DNA of 64,000 nucleotides from Camelus ferus (Eukaryota): the NCBI RefSeq assembly GCF_009834535.1, contig NC_045697.1:3536001-3600000 (forward strand), in the 5' to 3' direction. Shown one piece after another: positions 22,761 to 34,520 of the stretch (its first letter is position 1; each line of letters opens with the position of its first letter). The notes below the pieces were generated by a model. The model saw only the letters and a list, made by a program, of their open reading frames with translations. It made no database searches and was not told where the DNA came from. A program made the position numbers and the translations under genes.

Positions 22761-24189
22761 CATGGGGTCTGCCAGTTGAAGAGGCAGGCTGGCAAGCTGG
22801 GACAGAGGGACAAGTACATTTCCCAGGAGTCATGAGAGGTCCCAATGTGTTAGGAGAACTTCAGGAAGGTCCCTGAGCTGGGGGTTAGTGTGGGGGCTTC
22901 CGGGGCAGACGGTGTGGCTAGAGTCGGCCAAGAGAGCCTTAAAGGCCAGGCCAGGGGCTCAGACGTCACGGCTGGGCAGGGGGCATCAGCAGAGGAGGGC
23001 AGCAGTCGGCACTGCCCACACCCTGCCATGGCGACGTGGGCCCCCATGGCCAGCCTCTACCTGGAGCCGCAGCTCCTCGGGGCATGGCCCTCAGCCCCCC
23101 ACAGAGACAAGCTTGCCCAGAAGCCCAGGAGCCGGTCCAGTGACTGGAGCACGTAGAACCAGCTCAGTGAGTACTACTAATATATCCATCATGAAAAGTC
23201 AAGTAAAGCAAAAAAACACACCAGTGGTGGCGTTCCCAGGGCCTGGGGCCAGGTCCCTGATCTTCCACTTGGCAGGTAAAATGATCCACCTGGAAGAGGA
23301 GTGAGGTGAAGTGGGATCTGGCGTAAGGGCCCATTCCTTAGCAAGCCGTGTGCTCATCTGCTAGCATTGCCAGGACTCCTTCCCACACCTGGCTGAGAAG
23401 GGCGTTCCGAGGGCACCGCTATCAGGCCAGCAGGTTCTGATATCTGGGATACGAGTTTGTTCACCTCAAGCTCCATCTTGCCCTCCAGTTCTCTCAGAGC
23501 CCCCTGCCTTTGCGTGGGCTGTTCCCTCTGCCCTTCCACGTCCTGTCCCCTGGGCCAAGATCACCCAGTGGGTCCCAGGGTGAGGACCCAGACCCAGGCT
23601 TCCTGACTCCAAGTCTGGTGCCCTTTTAGCCCCACCCCCCTCCATCTCTCAGACAGGTGACGATGGGCAGCTCGTGTCATAGACCAGGTCAGCACCGAGG
23701 GAAGACGTGTGTGCCCCTCCGGTAGGGCCAAGCCCCGCTGGCCATGCTCCACGCCTGCCCCTTGGGGCTGCCTCCGGGGAGTACGGGGCTCCTGGAGGGC
23801 CCTGGAGCCCGTGTCAGCCTCAGCATTAAAGCCAGGGCTCCAGGCATTAGCATTCACCCTGCAGCATCTTGTCCCTTCTCTCCCTCCTGAGCCATGGTGT
23901 GAAGGTCAGGTTAATAAAAGCCTTACAACCGCCAGCAGCAGGGCCCCCCGCTCCCCACATGGGGATATCTCTTGTTAAAGAGTCAGGCAGTAGGTTCTCT
24001 GTGTTTTTCTTTCTAAAATAATATTACCCATAATCCCTGACTCCCCAGGATTATAATGACAGAGGTGGGGGGCTGATGCTGTGACGACACGGTCCAGCCT
24101 GCACGAGACGGCTGAGTGTGGGCAGCAGTGGTCCCCGAGCTCTCCCTGCGGCGGCACCAAGGGCCTGGCTGCCAGGCCGTGCTCCCGAG

Positions 24190-24490
24190 GAGGAGCTGCT
24201 AATTTGAGCACCAGCTGTAGGCGTTCACGTTCAAACGAGTGCGCTAACACCAAATCAGATCCCACCGTCTTGCCTCTCTGCTCCCTGGTGAGGGGTGACG
24301 TTAATGGGGGAAGCAGTCACCGGAGACACAGGCTCATTTCCAAAGTCATTGTGTTGACAGTATCTCCACGAGGGAGCTCATAAGAGATCATCAGTTTTAA
24401 AACTGCTTGGCATCTACGTGGTACAATTAGGCATAATGACGTTACCTCCAAATTATGTATTTTATTCACTGAAATAACAACGCTGCTGAT
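24190..24490. promoter_or_regulatory. Non-repeat AT-enriched island, candidate conserved enhancer
   Basis: CTAATTTG, CAGCTG, TGACGT x2, CATTGT (SOX-like), TTGACAG and CAATTAG within 300 bp. Confidence 0.4.
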
Positions 24491-25984
24491 GGGCATGGGG
24501 GGGGGCGGATGGGGAAGGGGTGGGGCCACCTCGAACAGTTTGATGAAAACGCAAAGGAGAAGGAAAGGAAGAGGTTTCATAAATGCTGTGTGGCTGCGAG
24601 GAAGCCGAGAGGGTAGGAGGATGGCACGGAGCCCTCGGCTGGGACACGGACAGGGGACAGGGAAACAGAAACCAGGGACCCAAGGTGTGCTCTATTCTCC
24701 AAACTAGAGGACGTGTGACATCCCCAAGAGTAGAAAGATGCAAGAAGAAGGGACCAGGACAGGGACTGGGGAGCCAGCGCAGCTCCGTCAGCCCGGCACC
24801 CGGGTCTTCCAGCTGGAAGAGGAAGCCATGACTGTCAAGACCGTTAGCCTCCAGGGAATCGGGACTCGCCTCACAGGCTGAGAGAACACAGAGGAGCCAC
24901 CAGGAGCCCACATCAGGAAGAGGGAGACAGTGGGGGGAGCGCTCCCTTCCCCAAACACTCTCCCATAGGACTCACTGAACCTCACCACCCACTCTCTATG
25001 GTAGGTGCAGTTGTACCCATTTCACAGATGGGGACACTGAGCCTCAGGCTCGCAGTCCAAAATCAGACGAATGGCCGCTGATCTGGGACTCCCACTGGGT
25101 CTGGTTGACTCTTTGGGCTGAATCACCTGCTCCCAGTGAGACCAGGGGGCTGCCAGAGGCCCAGAGAGAGGTAAATATCGCCATTTTTTCAAAAAGAGAG
25201 GAAATGTCTGAATCCAGAAAGAATAACCTAGTGAGCTTAGCGTCAATCCCAGCAGTGATGGAATCAAGGTAAAACAGATAGTTTCGGGCTCTCACAAAGA
25301 GAGAGACCGTTGGTAGACACCAACATGGACTCACCAGGAACATACCGTGCCCTCGGGAGTGAGCTGGGGGGCCACGGGCTGAGTGGTCAGCATCTGCAGA
25401 CTCCCAGGTGCCACGGGCCCAGGGATCACGCCCACAAGACCTGCACGTGGCCCGAGCTGTGGCCACTTAGGGACAGCTCTGCCACCACAGCTCCACCATC
25501 TCTATCTCATGGACTTTTACCCAACACAAGTGTCCCAGAAAGTCCCTTAAACCACGTGCTGCCTTCCTGCGAGGGAATAAGCAGAAAGATGCACAGTAGT
25601 GTAACAGGACAGAGCTCTCGAGTCACTGTGGATTCCTGTCCATGTCGGCCCGCGGGACCCTGTATCTACCGCTTGGGAGTCAGAGGCAGGACCCAAAATC
25701 AACACAGCATCTGTGACTCAGGAGGGGGGGCTCTGAAGCCAGACCTGCTCAGACCACCCTCAGGGCCCTCAGAGCAGGGCTTACCCTCTGCAGGTGTCCA
25801 GGGGAGGGTGCCAGGACAGTGAAGGGAAGCCCGAAGGGGGCCAGGGAGGGGCAACCAAGGGCAGCACACGTCAATGCTGTCCTGGAAAAACGGACATGAT
25901 GGCTCCGCAGGACCCCACGGGCCCTGGGCCAGAACTAGGGAGGGGAGGGGCCGCACAGGACCACCCAGCCAAAAGGGCAGGGGC

Positions 25985-26350
25985 TGATGTCACAGGGCTG
26001 GATCCCTTCTCTGCCACTGTCCTGCCGTGACACCTGGGCCATGTCACCTCGCCTCTCTGAGCCTCGAATTCCTCATCCGTAAAACGGAAATAAAGCAATA
26101 CTATAATAATTCTACGAAGACTGTATTAAGGCAGAAACCATGCTGTGGGTTCTGTCGGGCAAATGGTGGGCAGATCAATGGTATTTAACATTGATCGGTG
26201 GCAGTAATGTTAAATAGCTCATTGTCCACCTCATGGGGCACACGTTAAAACAATAAAATACTGTGAGGATTAATTAAAATAACGCCCATGATCGTTTTAG
26301 CACACAGGCTGCTACAGGGCATGCTCTCAAACCGATAGCTACTATTACTA
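25985..26350 (+). mobile_element. MIR SINE fragments
   Basis: CCTCTCTGAGCCTCGAATTCCTCATCCGTAAAACGG, and a 3' part TGTGAGGATTAATT...TAGCTACTATTACT. Confidence 0.7.
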
Positions 26351-27484
26351 CTGCTCTGTGCAATTGCCGTCGCCGGCTCCTTTCCCAGGGGTCGCTGTAA
26401 CAGCAGACCTTCTTTGCCCCAGGTTGCCCTCCTCGCTGTCCCTCCGTCACCTCTTGCAGCAGGAGTCACTTGGGGGCTTGACCGTCTTGACCTCAGAGGA
26501 GCTGCCCCTCGGCTGAGGCTGGCCCCTTGTTGGCCCATCTGTATTCTGCAGCTTAAAGTGCTATTTATTCTCAATCCTGTTGACCTGATTTTAATCCCAG
26601 CTACACTAATGTCTACAGCCGTCGAATGGAATACATTCAGTGGTGAAATAAATTCATTCTCACAGAGTGATGCTCGAACAGCTGCCGGCAAAGGTCAGAG
26701 ACGGAACACATCTTCTGCCGCCGTCCAAATCTCCAGCGCGGGTCTTTAGAAACTCGAGGGGTCCTTTCAAAGCGCAAGCATGGACGAGGAACTCAGCCGG
26801 GATATTTTTAGATCCTGCCATGGCCCCTGCTTACACAAAACCAATTAAACAAACAGCGGGCTCCCTGAGCACATCTCCTGAGTGGTTGCTCCTAAAAATA
26901 AATTACCCGGCGTTGCAGAGCCTGCCGTCCGTGAGTGCTGGAAACCGTGAGCTAAAACGTCTTGGTGGAGAAGCGTCAATGTCTGTGTCTGCAAACGGGG
27001 ACCCGTTGGTGGGGTGTCTGGAGTCTGAGCTTGACCCCTGATCCTCCGGCCCCACCTGGGACTGGACATACTATTACCAGGATGGCCCGTCCAGGGCCGA
27101 CCACACGTACGACTCCTCGCTCCCCGTCATCAGCCCGGTGCTCCCACCACAGCCCCATGAGCGGGGCCTGTGAACCACATGGAGGCAGCACGGAGCCTCC
27201 AGAAGGTTCTATGACTCACTTAAGGTCACCCGCCTGTGACGTGGGCAGCTGGGCTTCAAGTCAAGATCTGTCCGACCAGAGCCTCTGCCTGCAACCAGGC
27301 CCCCCCAGGTCACACGGTGACGAACGGAGGACAAGAAAACCCCACAGGCGAGGTGGCCAGGACACATGGCCAGTGATAGCTAGCTCTGAGATGATCCCCA
27401 ACGTGGCTGGACCCTCCAGTTTTTCAGAGAATCTTAAAGTCCAGACCCTGAAGCAGCAGCTCCCACTTTTTAGAGGCTGGTAAC

Positions 27485-27878
27485 TATTATGAATTGAATC
27501 GTGCCCCCTAACCCCCCAGAAATGTTCACATGTTGATGTTCTAACTCCCAGCACCTCAGCATGTGACCGTATTTGGAAATAAGATTGTTGCAGATGTAAT
27601 TAGATGAGATGAGGTCGTACCGGTAGGGCAGCCCAAATCCAACCTGACTGATGTCCTCAGAAAAACGTACGCGGCGTGAAGAGAGGGAGACAAGCACAGA
27701 GGGAGGACCCTGAGGAGACAGAGACAGAAGACACCATCTCCAGCCAGGAACAGAGGGAACCAGCCCTGCCGACACCTTGGTCTTGGACCTCCAGCCTCAG
27801 AACTGCGAGAGAATAAGTTTCGCTGTTTAAGCTCTTGGTCTGGGGGTCTTTGTCCCGGCAGCCCTGGCAAACTGATGA
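27485..27878 (+). mobile_element. MLT1B-like MaLR solo LTR
   Basis: TTATGAATTGAATCGTG, ACCTCAGCATGTGACCGTATTTGGAAATA, CCCTGCCGACACCTTG, GCAGCCCTGGCAAACTGA. Confidence 0.85.
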
Positions 27879-28399
27879 AGTCTCTCGTTCTCAAATGTTT
27901 GAAGCACCGTGGGTGACAGACGGCAGACCGCGGTATGGACTCGGCCCACAGGCTACGGCGGGCAGCCTCTGTCCTGTGCTGACTTGCGTCGGGTCCTGGC
28001 ATAGTGAGCGAGGTCACCTTCACTGCACGATTAGGACTTTCAGAGAGCTGGCCTCACCAGTCCCAGACCGCCGATGCTTAAACCTGCAGTCCCGAGTCCA
28101 AGGCCCTCCCGAGCTCCCGGCGGCGCCCACACTGCCACTTGCGGCCCCGGAGCGGGAAGGACCACTTAACCTCTCTGAGTCCCAGAGGCGTTCTCCTCCT
28201 TTACGACCAGGGCAGACACCGACAGCCTTGTAGGATTGTGACCACCATCCCAAGACAGAGAGGCATCTCTGTTATTTTATTCCGTGACCTTTCTACATTT
28301 TCTAGCTGTTCTGCAGTGAGTGCACTGCTTCTGTACCCAGGAAACAAGCACCCGGCCCAGCGTCCGGCCGGCCGTGGGGACCTGGGAGACGCGCTGCGC

Positions 28400-28745
28400 G
28401 ACGCAGACGCTGTGCTGCAGGAGGAAGGTACAACGGGTATGAATGTTCTGTCACCAAATCACACGGCATCAACATGCACGCAGCAGAAACGCTACGGGGC
28501 AGGAGAAAGAAGAGCAAGGAGATGGTAGGACTCGTGTGGGGCCTTTAACTCCCTGCTCTCAGTTCCGGGCCGATGGAGAAAAGAAGTAATAAAGACGAAC
28601 CCCAAAGACCTCAATGATATAATTGAAAACACAGTGTTAATGGCCAACTTAGAGAAAACAAGCTGTCTTTTCTATTGCCCATCAGACAGTCACAAAAATT
28701 GACCTCATATTGGGCCATGAAGAAAACCTCATTACAGCCCAAAAC
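28400..28745 (+). mobile_element. Ancient L1 ORF2 endonuclease-domain remnant
   Basis: Translations LQEEGTTGMNVLSPN, GAFNSLLS (28538-28561) and TVTKIDLILGH (28686-28718) correspond in order to the L1 EN motifs QQEELTILNIYAPN, GDFNTPLS and SKIDHIVG. Frame is disrupted. Confidence 0.75.
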
Positions 28746-29129
28746 TTCCTTTTAGAAAAATTCAAGCTCACCCCTCCACTCAGCAGACAGTCAGACTGAG
28801 ATCTCCATCCGTAGCTTAACAAAATCTAGGTGCCTCTTAGAGGGCATGGATCAGTGTGCGCTGGTTTAAAGGCTTAATACATAAAAGCAAATAGTTCAAA
28901 ATTAAATTGAAAGTCAACCTCATAAAGAGGAAACGACGCAGCCTCAGGAGCTTACGAGGGGCAGATCTGGCAAATCCAAGCATCTCCGTGCCTCCATCTC
29001 CTCTCCCGTGAAAAGGGAGTAATTAAAACCATAAAAACGGAAGGGCCAGCCCTCAAGACTGTGGCCTCTCTGGGTCTCAATCTCCTCTGCTGTGAAATGG
29101 GAATAGTGAGAAGATAATCATAATGACAG

Positions 29130-29285
29130 TATCACGAGGCTCTCAGGATTGTGACTTGGGAAAGGTAACCTCTCTGAGCCTCTGTGTCATCTGTAAAATG
29201 GGGTTCATGGATATACTAACATTGCAAGGATCAGAGAGAAAGTAAACCAGGTGCCTGGAACGCAGCAGACGCTCCAGAAACGTCC
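29130..29285 (+). mobile_element. MIR SINE (further MIR core fragments at about 28970-29110)
   Basis: GTGACTTGGGAAAGGTAACCTCTCTGAGCCTCTG...CATCTGTAAAATGGGG. Confidence 0.8.
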
Positions 29286-29729
29286 ACCAGTGACCCCTGT
29301 TCTTAACCAGGTCACACCAAGAGGACTTCTCACCCACGGGGTCACCACACACTCCCGGCGGATCTGCAATTGTGCTGATGTTAACAAAACCGTCTCCAGG
29401 ACCCCTCCTGAGAGAACAGGTTCCACCTCGGCGAGCGTTTCCTCTCCGACCTGCTCAGGAAACCCAAGCCTGCTCGCTCACCTCCTTGGGAGCAGGAGAC
29501 ACACAAATGTCTCGGGGAGGCACCTTGTGTGGAAGCAGATGGAATCCCAAGGGGCCCAACTTGACGTGGTCCCTAACCAGACGAACCGCATTCCTCCCTC
29601 AGTCACATCCCAGCCGATGCTGGCAGAGGGCAGGTACGCAGACGCCCCATCCCCACCCCCAGATGTAGAGGCGGCCAGGGGCTCTCCCCAGCCCCCGCCC
29701 CCGCCCGGCCTGGAGCCAAGGAACTGAAT

Positions 29730-30210
29730 GCAGGCGTCATGCCAAAATTAAACTTCTCCTTCCAAACCAAGAAAGGATTTTTATTACTTTGTTTGCCCCC
29801 CAACAGAGCTCATATTATCTCACGTATCTTCTTAAAAACCCTCGCCTCTGGAAGGTTGTCACCTTGAAAGAACAAAATTATCACTCAATTAGAAGTCCTG
29901 ACGGTTAGCAATTACTAACACTTCAAGTGTGGAATTAGCACCTCCTTCAATCCAGTTCATTAGCTAATTGTCCCATCCCCCAGAGCCTGGCCGGCGCCAG
30001 GCCGTGCTGACAGCCAACCCAGGGACCTCACCGCCCACAGCCTCACCATCGGCAGACATTTTAGACAAACTTTCAGGACATGGGCGTCTGTTATCTGCTC
30101 TCTCCCCTCCTTCAACCGTCCAAATTGTTGCACCTGGTATTAGGAGCCAAGAGTCATGCCAATATGGTCACGTTTTATAGCTTTTAATTAATTTTTAACG
30201 AAAAGAGCAA
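29730..30210. promoter_or_regulatory. AT-rich non-repeat island, candidate conserved enhancer
   Basis: Repeated AATTA/TAAT cores (CAATTAG, CAATTAC, GAATTAG, CATTAGCTAATTG), TCAAGTG (NKX2-like), TTTTATAG, TTAATTAA. Confidence 0.45.
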
Positions 30211-30589
30211 AGACAGAGCCCTGAAGGCAGATTTTCCCTGGAATCTTCTCAAGTCCCAGGGGCGGGTGGTCAGAGACAAAAGGCTGGAGATGTCCAAGAA
30301 GGGAACAGAAGTGTGCCCAAGGTCACGGGCAGAGCAGCCAGCGCTCCCGCCAGGCCCTGGGGCAAAGGGAGGGAGGCAAGGTCCAGCCCTCCCCCAGATC
30401 CCTCATCTCTACAACAGGGCTCAGAGCACCCTCTTCTCAGTTCATTGGAAAGATTAGATGAGATAATGGATATAAAATGTCTGGTTCGTGTTGGGGCAAA
30501 GCAGGTGGCTGGCCAGTGGCTGAACCTGGGACCAACCAGAGGACAGGACTGGAGGCGTCTTCAGAAATCCCGGGATCATCCACCGTTGC

Positions 30590-31400
30590 ATTGGCTCATT
30601 CAGCGAACATTCACTAGGGACCATCCCTCCCCTCAAGAAGTCTACACTGCAGCATGCACAGACGGGGTCTGCTGTGGACTGAATGTTTTCATCCCCTGAA
30701 AATGTATCCGTTGAAGCCCTAACCCCCAGTGTGATGTACTGGGTGCGGGGCCTTTGGGTGATTAGGTTTAGATGAGGTGACAAAGGTGGGACCCTCACAC
30801 TGGGGTCAGTGTCCTTCGAGGAAGAGGAAGACAGAGACAGCCCTCTCCATGCAATGAGGAAAGGCTTGCAGACACAAGCAGGACGGCAGCTGGTACCACG
30901 CCAGGAAGAGGGTCCTCCCCTAGACCCAAGTCTGCCGACACACGGTCCCAGCCTTCCAGCCTCCAGAACCGGGAGAAGTAAGTACCTGCTGCTGCAGCCA
31001 CTCTGTTTGTTACAGCAGCCTGAGCAGACTGAGACAGGGGCCAAAGCAAGCCAAGCAAACAAGCAGGACAGATACCACGTCAGATGATGATGAGCTTCGG
31101 TGAGGGGCCACAGGGAAGGAGAGGGCCCTGCAGAGTGAGTGGCCCCGAGGGCCGGGGGACAGCCCTACCCTGGGGTGTCTGACAAGAAACTCTCTGAACA
31201 AGCGATCGTAGAGACTTGCAGGAAGGAGCCGGCCATGTGAACACAGTCCAAGCAGAGGAATTCAGTGCAAAGGCCCTGGGGCAGCAACAAGCTTAGGCAG
31301 CCCAGTGGGTAGAAGGAAAGCCAGGACGTCTGGGGCCACGAGACCCAGGGGAGGGTAGAAGAAAGGAGGTCAGAAGTGTGTGGGGCTTGGAGGGACCCCA
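30590..31400 (-). mobile_element. L2 LINE interrupted by an MLT1A LTR
   Basis: CTCATTCAGCGAACATT...CCCTCAAGAAGTC lies left of the LTR; CCAAGCAGAGGAATTCAGTGCAAAGGCCCTGGGG lies right of it. Confidence 0.6.
30670..31036 (+). mobile_element. MLT1A/MLT1A0-like MaLR solo LTR
   Basis: TGCTGTGGACTGAATGTT...GTTGAAGCCCTAACCCCCAGTGTGATG...TTACAGCAGCCTGAGCAGACTGAGACA. Flanks GGGTC/GGGGC match 4 of 5, as for a decayed TSD. Confidence 0.85.
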
Positions 31401-31689
31401 GAGAAGGAAGCATCACCTTCCACTGGCTGGCCTTGGCCCCTTGACTTCCTGATCTTACTTGGCAAAAAAGACTGACTGGGAATAAAGAAATGCTAGGTGT
31501 TCTCAAGGGGCCCTTTCCTGCTCCCCCGGACTCACAACAAGATCACATCCTGTCTCCCTTGAAGTCAGCTGAGCCCGAAGTCTCCCTGACCTAGGAGGGC
31601 ACATCCCTGGGTGTCATAGCAGCCCCCACCCATCTTCACTCCCTTGTTAAGAACCCCCACAGCCCTGGGGCCCCCTCTTTCCCACCCAC

Positions 31690-31900
31690 ACAGGGGAAAC
31701 GGAGGACTCCAGGCCAGAGGACACAGCAGAGCCGCAGGGTGAAGGGCCTGGGTTCCCGGATCACCTCCGGCAGGAGACCCAGTTCACCAGGACCACGCAG
31801 TTTTGTTGTTGCATGAACAGAAAAGCAAGCACTTAGAGTATGAAGCTGTTAATTTGGAGGGATTTTTGTTACAGTGGTGAGCCTCCCCTAACTGATACAG
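31690..31900 (+). mobile_element. Older MLT1 (H/I/J-like) LTR 3' part
   Basis: Ends ...TTTGGAGGGATTTTTGTTACAG...CCTAACTGATACA. Confidence 0.55.
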
Positions 31901-32139
31901 ACCGTGTAGCAGAGTTATTTGTCCAAAGATGTTTTAAGATTGTCCTAAGCCAAAGGGATGAGTCCTGAGGCAGGGGAGGGCTAAGTACACCGCAAAGCCA
32001 GAGGGGCATGAAGGGATCAACTGGAAAGGTCTGTCTGGGGCAGAGAGGGGAGAGGGAGGAGGGGAGAGGCGCCTCTCTTCAGCGTGGCTCCTGGGACCCA
32101 GCTCGGGGTCCCTCCAAGTGAGCCCCAGCTTCCTCACAC

Positions 32140-32430
32140 AGTTCCAGAATTATGCAAACCAATAAAGCCATCACTAGCTGGACAGATAAACAGAACAGAC
32201 TGTTGTCAGTAAAACGTGGGGTTTTTCCTATGCATGTTTGTGTTTTTCTATCACTTGATATTGTTTGGAAACAAAAGATGAGATTGGGGTAAACAAAACA
32301 TTGAATAAAGCCACGTAGTATTTTATACGGATGCACCAAATATCCTCGTCGATAAAACTCCCCATCATGTTAAAAAGAGTAAATCAGTGTTTTGGCCGAT
32401 TACTGAGGTTGAATGTGGCTTTCACGCACT
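32140..32430. promoter_or_regulatory. AT-rich non-repeat island, candidate enhancer
   Basis: TTATGCAAA (POU/CEBP-like), CCAATAAA, AGATAA, GTAAACAA (FOX), TTTTATACG, GTAAATCA. Confidence 0.35.
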
Positions 32431-34429
32431 TTGGAGTCCAGATCTTCCACACCGAGCTCTGGGCTGCACGGGCTGTGGGGACGCCCCACGTTCCCGGGGG
32501 TGTCTCCCCATGGCCCTTCCCTCCCCGGTCCCTCCCCCACCCCCTCCCTTGACTGTCAGCCCACCTTAGGCATGTTTTCTTATTTAACTGGTGCATGGTT
32601 CCTTCCTGCTCTGGCTTGTAAGATGCCCTCGATGCCCCTGTGGAGGTCACACGAAGAGAAACTGGTCTTGTTTATGGTGGGTTGATGTGTTCGAGGTCTG
32701 CCTTCCAATCTGGAGGTGGGCGTGTCCTTGGCTGCCTCCCTTGCCCCAGGCGGCGGACTGTCCCCTGGCTGCTCCCAGCCCCATCCAGCCCTGTAGCTGT
32801 AGGGCCTCTGCCCCCAGAGAGCCATGAGGGGATGGGGGCTCTTCCGAAGGCCACCGAGAGCCACAGTGCAGGCCGTGCAGAGAATAAAGCAGAATGAGGG
32901 GCTTCGGGCTCACACTCCTCACACGGCATAGAACCGTGTTTTCACCCAAAGCAGAGGTAGACACTCAAAGCTGGAGACTCCAGAAGTGGACAGAGAGGGC
33001 TGGCGTCTGGGTGAGGCGCGTGCGCTCTTGAAAAGCTGTCAGCATGGAGATTCCCAGCTGCCCCACACCCAGACCCTCCAGGTCCTGAGCACAGGCATCT
33101 CCACACCAGACTGCACCCCACGCAGCTGCCTCTCGGGGGCCAGCCCTGGGCCCAGACACCAGGCCCTCCTAACAGCCAGCTTGGAGGTGTGGAGGCCCCG
33201 CCCAGACACCCCCCACCCCGGGCCCCGCGCAAAGCCCTGTCAGCCCCGGGAGTTCCAGCGCCCGTGCAGCGGGGCACCTGCCGTGGCGCCCTCCCACCTT
33301 GCCGTCTTGACCACAGGGCACCCCGGCCCCTCCCGCCCTGCTCCATCACACCTGCGGGAACTGCCCTGCTCAGGTGACCAGATGGCCACCTTGCTGGCTG
33401 TGGCACCCCTGGTCCCTGGCTCTCCCTCTCACCTCTCACAGTGTCTCTGCGCCCTCCACCCCACTCTAGACAAGGGCTTCAGTTCCCAGGAACAGCCCCT
33501 CCACCACATGCCAGGTAATGAGCTCTAGAGTCAGGGTGGCGTGGCTTCAGACGCAACTGCTGGAGAAGAGACCTTGCCTCGTGGGGCCTCAGTTCGCTAA
33601 TCTGGAAAAGGACACGCACAGGGATTCCTTCCCTGCCCCGAGCCTGTCTCCAAGGAGCTGCGGTTACAAGTCCCCTGCTCACCCCAGGATGACAAAGGCC
33701 CCAACGTCACCAAAGTTCCATTTCTGAAACACAGACTCCCTGGCCAGCGAGGATGTTCGTCCCGGCCCTCCCTCGTGAACAGACCCCTAAGACTTCCTAC
33801 CCCGCCCTCAGATCGGGGCGGGTGTGAGTCCGCGAGGCGTCCGGCCAGGAGGTGGCATCACGCGAGCTCACCTGCCCCAGCATCACTAAAGCACACGCCG
33901 TGCCAAGCCAGGTGCTGACACGGATGTGCCGCCGTCACCTTCCTGCTCACCCTGCAGACCCACCCACCTGCTGGGAGCCCAGCCCCCTGGATGTCTCCCC
34001 GGAGACTAAACCCAAGCAAAGACACCCCAAAACACACAGCCCCAGCTCACAACATAAGGGACAGTAGGATGCAGGGAAGGCATCAGAATGGGATTCAGGG
34101 GCTGGGGTGCGCCCTGGTCCCACCCAAACCTGCCGTGAGGCCCTGGCTCGCATCCTCACTCGTGAAAGTGAGCAGCTGGACAGAGCGGCCTCACTCACCC
34201 ATGCAGAGCAGAGCTCCCGGAAAGCCTGCGCCGCGCCAGGCCCTCTGTGATCGGTGCTCGGTGCTCGGGGCGAGGGCATAAGAAAGACTCGGCCCTGAGC
34301 TCTGCAAGTTCCCAAAGTCTGGTGAGGGAGGCCAAGCGGCACACAGTATTTCCCAAGTTCAAAGTGATCAGGATTGTGAGACATGGATACACTGAAGGCT
34401 TCCGGGAACCAATAAGCAGCAGCAGCTAA

Positions 34430-34520
34430 CTCCACCTGACTTGTCCAAAGTCACTGTGTCCCCAGTGCCCGGCACAGAGGGAGCTCAGGAAACACCGGGT
34501 GGACAGGCGGGCGGGTGGGG
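34430..34520 (+). mobile_element. L2 3' terminus, GC-shifted
   Basis: TCACTGTGTCCCCAGTGCCCGGCACAGAGGGAGCTCAGGAAACA. Confidence 0.55.

Noticed and set aside
23688..23708. REST/RE1-like site (TCAGCACC)
   Set aside because: Only the left half matches; the right half reads GGGAAG instead of GGACAG.
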